Source: an uncultured virus (IMG/VR IMGVR_UViG_3300028854_000016)
Taxonomy: Duplodnaviria > Heunggongvirae > Uroviricota > Caudoviricetes
Virus record (IMG/VR): IMGVR_UViG_3300028854_000016
Location: 1 to 64,000 of that record
Strand: one strand, 5' to 3'
Length of the DNA: 64,000 nucleotides
Positions 59,367 through 64,000 of this stretch are shown one piece after another. Made by a program: the position numbers and the translations under genes. Under the pieces are notes generated by a model that searched no databases, was not told the origin of the DNA, and saw only the letters and a list, made by a program, of their open reading frames with translations. The first letter of the stretch is position 1. Each line of letters starts with the position of its first letter.

Positions 59367-59608
59367 TATCTGGCCAACTTTATCATAAGCAATATATATT
59401 GAATTGTCATTTTTGGGTAACGCATTTCTAACATTGCTTCATTTATAAGCAATGTTAGAAATGCTTTAGTACATTCTGGATGTGCTAGAATTAGTTCTCT
59501 GCAAATTTTGATATTTTCAATAAGTGTGGCATCTGAAAAAGAACCTGGTAAGATTAGTGGAAGAAACTCTTTCAAAACTGTCTTCTTCGTTTTGTCTGAT
59601 ATTTTCAT
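59366..59608 (-). CDS. small hypothetical early protein
   Basis: ends MRYPKMT..LMIKLAR, similar to the neighbour's ERYPDMS..LIIKLES. Confidence 0.65.
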   Translation of the reverse strand: MKISDKTKKTVLKEFLPLILPGSFSDATLIENIKICRELILAHPECTKAFLTLLINEAMLEMRYPKMTIQYILLMIKLAR

Positions 59609-59811
59609 TATGACTCCAATTTTATTATTAGTCGAATATCTTCTGGTGACATATCTGGGTATCTCTCAAATAAAATTTGAGCAAGCATGAACATATTTCG
59701 CCCAAAGATATAGGAACCAACGTCTGAATGTTCACGTTCAGACGCAAATTCGCTAAGTAATCTGTCAATTAGGTCCAAGCACCAATAACTTTCATAATTC
59801 TCAGTATTCAT
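59608..59811 (-). CDS. small hypothetical early protein
   Basis: ends LIIKLES. Confidence 0.65.
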   Translation of the reverse strand: MNTENYESYWCLDLIDRLLSEFASEREHSDVGSYIFGRNMFMLAQILFERYPDMSPEDIRLIIKLES

Positions 59812-59819
59812 TAAACCAG

Positions 59820-60158
59820 CTATTTCTTAGTAGATGCCAGATTCAATTCAGGATCAAACGTTTTGATAAGTTCAACTTCAAGAGCATGAGCAGCAGCCCT
59901 ATCGCGAACAGTTTCAAGAATGAAAATTTTAGCACATTCAATTCCATGCTGTCTTAATGCAATATACAACGGCCAAGACTTGTTTTCGTTTCTGGCACGT
60001 TCAGAGTGCTTTTGAAAACGAATTTTTACGCTTTTCAGCATAGTGCTTTGCGTCTTTGCAGTGATTCCAATGTATGATTGACCAGCGATAACGATTTCAT
60101 AAATCGCATGAAGTCGATCACAGCGTTTCTTTCTCGATTTGGTCTTGTTTTCCATCAC
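59820..60158 (-). CDS. stand-alone GIY-YIG nuclease domain protein
   Basis: AIYEI..SYIGIT..RFQKH..ALEVELI..PELN. Confidence 0.75.
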   Translation of the reverse strand: MMENKTKSRKKRCDRLHAIYEIVIAGQSYIGITAKTQSTMLKSVKIRFQKHSERARNENKSWPLYIALRQHGIECAKIFILETVRDRAAAHALEVELIKTFDPELNLASTKK

Positions 60159-60165
60159 TATTAAG

Positions 60166-60194
60166 ATGATAGCAAACTTTTGAGTCTATGTCAA
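60166..60194 (-). promoter_or_regulatory. sigma70-type promoter
   Basis: minus strand TTGACA-tagactcaaaagtttgc-TATCAT. Confidence 0.7.
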
Positions 60195-60442
60195 CCTAAA
60201 TTAATCATTTCAAGCTTTATTGGCTGAATTTTTAGATGATATGCAGTTGGAAAGCTTAAAATTGAATTTTTAAGTTGTTGATTCTAAAGAGCAAAAATTG
60301 TATAAATTGCCCTATAAACCGCTCTAAGCCTTTTGGTTATGTCCAAGTGCTAGAAAGCAAAGAGAATCGCTGTATAGAGCATTTTAAGTGCTTTGTTTTG
60401 ATATATTTATAAAATACTCATTCTAAAGAACTTATTTTCTTA

Positions 60443-60471
60443 TTGACAAATAAATTTATTTAGGATATTCT
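60443..60471 (+). promoter_or_regulatory. sigma70-type promoter, probably leaderless
   Basis: TTGACA-17 nt-TATTCT-6 nt-ATG. Confidence 0.72.
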
Positions 60472-60477
60472 TTATAT

Positions 60478-61047
60478 ATGAATGAAAAAGCACAACTGGC
60501 TGCTGTTCAACAAAATGGTCGTGCAATTGAATACATCGACAATCCAAGCGAAGCTGTGCAACTGGCTGCTGTTCAACAAAATGGTTGTGCAATTTACCAC
60601 ATCAGCAAGCCAAGCGAAGCTGTGCAACTGGCTGCTGTTCAAGAAGATGGTTGTGCAATTGAATACATCAGCAAGCCAAGCGAAGCTGTGCAACTGGCTG
60701 CTGTTCAAGAAGATGGTTATGCAATTCAATTCATCAGCAATCCAAGCGAAGCTATGCAAATGGCTGCTGTTCAACAAAATGGTTATGCAATTCAATTCAT
60801 CAGCAATCCAAGCGAAGCTGTGCAACTGGCTGCTGTTCAAGAAGATGGTTGTGCAATTCAATTCATCAGCAATCCAAGCGAAGCTGTGCAAATGGCTGCT
60901 GTTCAAGAAAATGGTTATGCAATTCAATTCATCAGCAATCCAAGCGAAGCTGTGCAACTGGCTGCTGTTCAACAAAATGGTTGTGCAATTAAATTCATAA
61001 AAAATCCAACAATTAATGTCAAATTAGTGGCTAAATTGCTGTCTTAA
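60478..61047 (+). CDS. 22-aa tandem repeat protein (DUF4116-like)
   Basis: about 8 copies of QLAAVQ(Q/E)(N/D)GxAIxxIxxPSEAV. Confidence 0.75.
   Translation: MNEKAQLAAVQQNGRAIEYIDNPSEAVQLAAVQQNGCAIYHISKPSEAVQLAAVQEDGCAIEYISKPSEAVQLAAVQEDGYAIQFISNPSEAMQMAAVQQNGYAIQFISNPSEAVQLAAVQEDGCAIQFISNPSEAVQMAAVQENGYAIQFISNPSEAVQLAAVQQNGCAIKFIKNPTINVKLVAKLLS
60490..61010 (+). repeat. 66-bp tandem coding repeat array
   Basis: caactggctgctgttcaa...ccaagcgaagctgtg repeated with 66-bp period. Confidence 0.92.
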
Positions 61048-61077
61048 AATATTCAAAACAAAGCATTTATTTTCTTA

Positions 61078-61106
61078 TTGACAATCAACCCAAAGTTTGA
61101 TAATAT
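61078..61106 (+). promoter_or_regulatory. sigma70-type promoter, probably leaderless
   Basis: TTGACA-atcaacccaaagtttga-TAATAT-6 nt-ATG. Confidence 0.72.
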
Positions 61107-61112
61107 CTTTAT

Positions 61113-61343
61113 ATGACGAAAACTGAGACTGAAATTCTGAATGAGATAAAAGATCGTGGATATTCTATTATCGAGCATGGTCATGGATTTTTGCGTCATT
61201 CTACATATGGAACTCGACGCATTAATGCTCGTAACAAACTCATTCATAAAGGGTTAGTAAAGATCGATATTAGAGGAACTGAAAAAGATTCTGAACATGG
61301 CCGATCATCCATTTCATATTGGTCAAGAATAATTTCAATTTAA
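61113..61343 (+). CDS. hypothetical early protein
   Basis: 76-aa ORF directly after the promoter. Confidence 0.6.
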   Translation: MTKTETEILNEIKDRGYSIIEHGHGFLRHSTYGTRRINARNKLIHKGLVKIDIRGTEKDSEHGRSSISYWSRIISI

Positions 61344-61344
61344 C

Positions 61345-61373
61345 TTGACATTTAATCCAAAGTTTGGTATTCT
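61345..61373 (+). promoter_or_regulatory. sigma70-type promoter
   Basis: TTGACA-tttaatccaaagtttgg-TATTCT. Confidence 0.72.
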
Positions 61374-61400
61374 ATCTTTGTTGGACAAGAAAGAGAGCAA

Positions 61401-61835
61401 ATGAACTCATTCACTCGCACGAATCTGGCTGTTCTTCGCAACGATCTGAATACAGCCATTGCGACTGTTGCTGCAAAGCATGGTCTGATTATCTCGCTCG
61501 GTAATTGTCGCTTTACCAATACTGAAGCGCATTTCACAAAGCTGTCAATGATTACGAAGACTCTCCCAAATTCTGCTGTTGTAAATCCGTCTGCTGGATT
61601 TGGCAATGGTAGTGATCCATACAATACAGTTGAAAGCCGCGAGTATTTGCATTTGGCTTATATGTTTAATCTTCCAAAAAATGGACTTGGCTGCAAGTTT
61701 CGCGCTGGCACCACTACATATACTGTGATTGGTCTAAAGGCATCTCGCCGCAAGTATCCGGTGCTCGGTGTTGGTCCTGCTGGTGGCCGCTACAAGTTTG
61801 CTGCTGATACTGTTCGGCGCGGATTGGTGGTTTAA
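61401..61835 (+). CDS. hypothetical early protein
   Basis: 144 aa, GLKASRRKYPV motif. Confidence 0.7.
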   Translation: MNSFTRTNLAVLRNDLNTAIATVAAKHGLIISLGNCRFTNTEAHFTKLSMITKTLPNSAVVNPSAGFGNGSDPYNTVESREYLHLAYMFNLPKNGLGCKFRAGTTTYTVIGLKASRRKYPVLGVGPAGGRYKFAADTVRRGLVV

Positions 61836-61837
61836 TT

Positions 61838-62068
61838 ATGATCAATAATCTTGGACATATTAACATCGATCAATTCATTACTGATCTCACTGTTATTGAT
61901 ATTAAGGGAAATGCCGAAGTGCGCGACCTTCTTAAAGATGCCGTTCGTGATATTTTTGGAATCGCTGCTATTTTGGCTACTGATAACAGAAAGAGCAATC
62001 GTCAGTTGATTAATTTGGAAGCAACCAGCGTGATTTTCAAGATGAATACTATCAAAGAGTTGATTTAA
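61838..62068 (+). CDS. hypothetical protein
   Basis: 76 aa, operon context. Confidence 0.55.
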   Translation: MINNLGHINIDQFITDLTVIDIKGNAEVRDLLKDAVRDIFGIAAILATDNRKSNRQLINLEATSVIFKMNTIKELI

Positions 62069-62156
62069 TCATGAAAATGATTGACGTTTAAAAGAATTTG
62101 TTGATCATAATTGTGATCTAACGGCTAAAGAAGTTGAAATTGAGAAAGGCAAATCA

Positions 62157-62258
62157 ATGATTGAGTATTGTTTGGTAGCTTATACATTTTTGTTTATGAC
62201 ATTTCTTACAGTTGCCCAGATTCGTTTTCGTCGTGCAATGGCAAGAATTGCAAAGTAA
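62157..62258 (+). CDS. 33-aa hydrophobic peptide (or tail of a Flp-prepilin-like relic)
   Basis: MIEYCLVAYTFLFMTFLTVAQIRFRRAMARIAK after gagaaagg. Confidence 0.35.
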   Translation: MIEYCLVAYTFLFMTFLTVAQIRFRRAMARIAK

Positions 62259-62328
62259 TGTAAAATGAATTGCATCGTCGTTGCTCAGAGTGTAAGTTTT
62301 AGATAATCTGAATTGAAGGAGTAATAAA

Positions 62329-62619
62329 ATGCTATGGGTTATTAAACAAAGAAGTGATTATCTTACTCTTCGTAGTGATTTAATAACAATACATCGAAAA
62401 GAATCTCATCGCTCTTGCGGAGATGAAGTAGCAAATGCATTTAATTCAATGGTTTGTAAAACTGTTAATCAGTTGGATTCCATTTTTGGAGTTGGATATA
62501 TACAAAAATATTGCACAGAACCAGAGTCAATGTATATATCAGAAAAAAATATTTCCAGAGCGAATAGAATTTTGAAGAGATTGGAGCACGAATACTTGAT
62601 TAAAAAATTAGCAGAATAA
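62329..62619 (+). CDS. hypothetical protein
   Basis: AAGGAG SD; ends LIKKLAE. Confidence 0.65.
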   Translation: MLWVIKQRSDYLTLRSDLITIHRKESHRSCGDEVANAFNSMVCKTVNQLDSIFGVGYIQKYCTEPESMYISEKNISRANRILKRLEHEYLIKKLAE

Positions 62620-62627
62620 AGGAAATT

Positions 62628-62813
62628 ATGACACTTGACGCAGTAATTGAAAATTTAAACCATACTATTGATGGAAAATTGAAATTGCATAAAGAATTGG
62701 TTTCAGCAAATAGTGCTATTTCTAATGTTGTTGCAAAGTTTTTGGAAATCAATATTTGGGAACTAAAAACAATTCTTGGAGATTTAAATACTTTAAAAGA
62801 GGAGAAGCAATGA
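62628..62813 (+). CDS. hypothetical protein
   Basis: AAGGA SD, 61 aa. Confidence 0.55.
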   Translation: MTLDAVIENLNHTIDGKLKLHKELVSANSAISNVVAKFLEINIWELKTILGDLNTLKEEKQ

Positions 62814-63184
62814 GTACAAGATCAGCAATCATTCGTCAAACAGAAGATGGCACATATGAAGGAATCTACTGTCACTTTGACGGTTATTTGGAAGGAGTTG
62901 GTGCGACTCTGAAAGAGTATTATATTAATCCCAAGAAAGTTGCATTTCTAATGGCACTTGGAGATTTATCATCTCTTGCAGAGAATGTTATGCCAACAAG
63001 ATTCCATTCACTTGATAATCCAGAAAAAGGAGTTACTGTTGCGTATATGCGTGATCTCGGAGAAACTGATTGTGAGAAGAAAATTGGAAAGACGATCAAA
63101 TCAGTTGCAAAACAAATTGAAAATAATGGTTATGTTTATGTATTCAAAGATGGAATTTGGAAGTGCAATGGAAAGAAATTTTAA
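62810..63184 (+). CDS. hypothetical phage protein
   Basis: MSTRSAII..IYCHFDGYLEGVG; GAGGAG SD, ATGA overlap. Confidence 0.7.
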   Translation: MSTRSAIIRQTEDGTYEGIYCHFDGYLEGVGATLKEYYINPKKVAFLMALGDLSSLAENVMPTRFHSLDNPEKGVTVAYMRDLGETDCEKKIGKTIKSVAKQIENNGYVYVFKDGIWKCNGKKF

Positions 63185-63263
63185 CGTTGACTGATTAAAA
63201 TGGCCAGAAATTCTCTGACCATTTTTTGAATTAGCCTGAACCCAATATTGAAAGAGAAGGAAT

Positions 63264-63734
63264 ATGAGCACGTACAGAGAACTCATCGCACAGCGCTTGA
63301 ACATCGAGAACGAGTGCTTCAAACTTTCCAAGGAAGCATTCAACAAGCTTCAGGACGCTCGTGTTATCCATGACGAAAACTGGAGACCGGATTTTGACTG
63401 GAGGTTTCCAGATGAAGACACTGAGGATCGGCTCAACCCGGCTCAAGGGTACAAGTTTCACGAGGACGAGGTTACAACCAATGGAATCTGCCTCAATGGG
63501 TATAAGTACGTTGGTGGTGGGGAGAACTACTATGTCAGTATCGTCGTCCCTTTCGACTGTATCGACAACCTTGATTTATTCATTGAAGAGCGGCGTGTCT
63601 TTTACGCAGCCAAAGCGAAGAAACACAGGGAAGCCCGTCAGGCGTATCTCGCTGCACAGAAGATTGAACAAGCAGAGCATGACCGCTTGATGTATGAACG
63701 TCTGAAAACTCAGTTTGAAGGAGCTGCACAATGA
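63264..63734 (+). CDS. hypothetical protein
   Basis: 156 aa, AAGGA SD, more GC-rich than its surroundings. Confidence 0.65.
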   Translation: MSTYRELIAQRLNIENECFKLSKEAFNKLQDARVIHDENWRPDFDWRFPDEDTEDRLNPAQGYKFHEDEVTTNGICLNGYKYVGGGENYYVSIVVPFDCIDNLDLFIEERRVFYAAKAKKHREARQAYLAAQKIEQAEHDRLMYERLKTQFEGAAQ

Positions 63735-64000
63735 ACTACACAATTCTTGCATACAAACCAGACTCTGACGACTACTGCATGGGGTGTGTCAGGGCCAGAT
63801 ACTCTGCTGACTTTGAATATCGCTGCACTGAAAGTCGAGAAGAGGCTGTCAAATTCATCATTGAAAAGTTGAAGGCTAATAAGAAAATGGAGTTCAATGA
63901 ATCAGGATACGAAATAACCATCCTCATCAATGGCAAGGAAGTCGATTCAGGCACATGGCTTGATGAAACTGAAACGTGGGATTATTCAGATAAGGAGACC
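63731..64000 (+). CDS. hypothetical protein, truncated by window end
   Basis: ATGA overlap, open frame MNYTILAYKPDSDDYCMGC... Confidence 0.6.
   Translation, partial: MNYTILAYKPDSDDYCMGCVRARYSADFEYRCTESREEAVKFIIEKLKANKKMEFNESGYEITILINGKEVDSGTWLDETETWDYSDKET

Noticed and set aside
60195..60440. tRNA, ncRNA or replication origin in the intergenic gap
   Set aside because: No cloverleaf or iteron pattern seen; explained as a divergent promoter region
60472..61000. Overlapping ORFs 60472-60975 (minus) and 60482-61000 (plus)
   Set aside because: Shadow frames kept open by the repeat; the 60478 frame has the promoter and a paralogue at 49758
60490..61010. Possible CRISPR array
   Set aside because: Units are contiguous 66-bp in-frame coding repeats with no unique spacers, and no cas genes are present
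1..64000. Stop-codon reassignment as seen in some large phages
   Set aside because: Core genes are intact under the standard code; the breaks in accessory genes are frameshifts or isolated stops

Overview
AT-rich 64 kb segment of a large T4-like (jumbo-type) myovirus genome, read with the standard bacterial code. It holds the virion morphogenesis block: baseplate hub proteins, a tape-measure-like protein, portal, prohead protease, scaffold, major capsid, neck gp13/gp14, gp15-like, sheath, tube, gp4-like nuclease and large terminase. After this come gp32-like SSB, UvsX/RecA, UvsY and a cluster of small early genes. Main observations: (1) a covarying ~60-nt structured leader occurs three times in front of endonuclease genes of two unrelated families, each followed by an antisense late-promoter motif in codons 2-4; (2) a putative head-packaged cargo system, made of many late proteins with a shared M-x-x-x-E-hydrophobic N-terminus (five ADP-ribosyltransferase-like paralogues, GNAT-like and cysteine-hydrolase-like enzymes) plus a 1163-aa protein of small modules separated by hydrophobic-x-E sites, with modules shared between proteins; (3) a naturally split intein in UvsX whose intervening endonuclease gene has collapsed to a relic; (4) an HNH-bearing intein in the portal; (5) eight unrelated early proteins that share a C-terminal (K/R)L-x-x end; (6) systematic leaderless genes. 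All functional calls come from recognising motifs by eye. No database searches were run.
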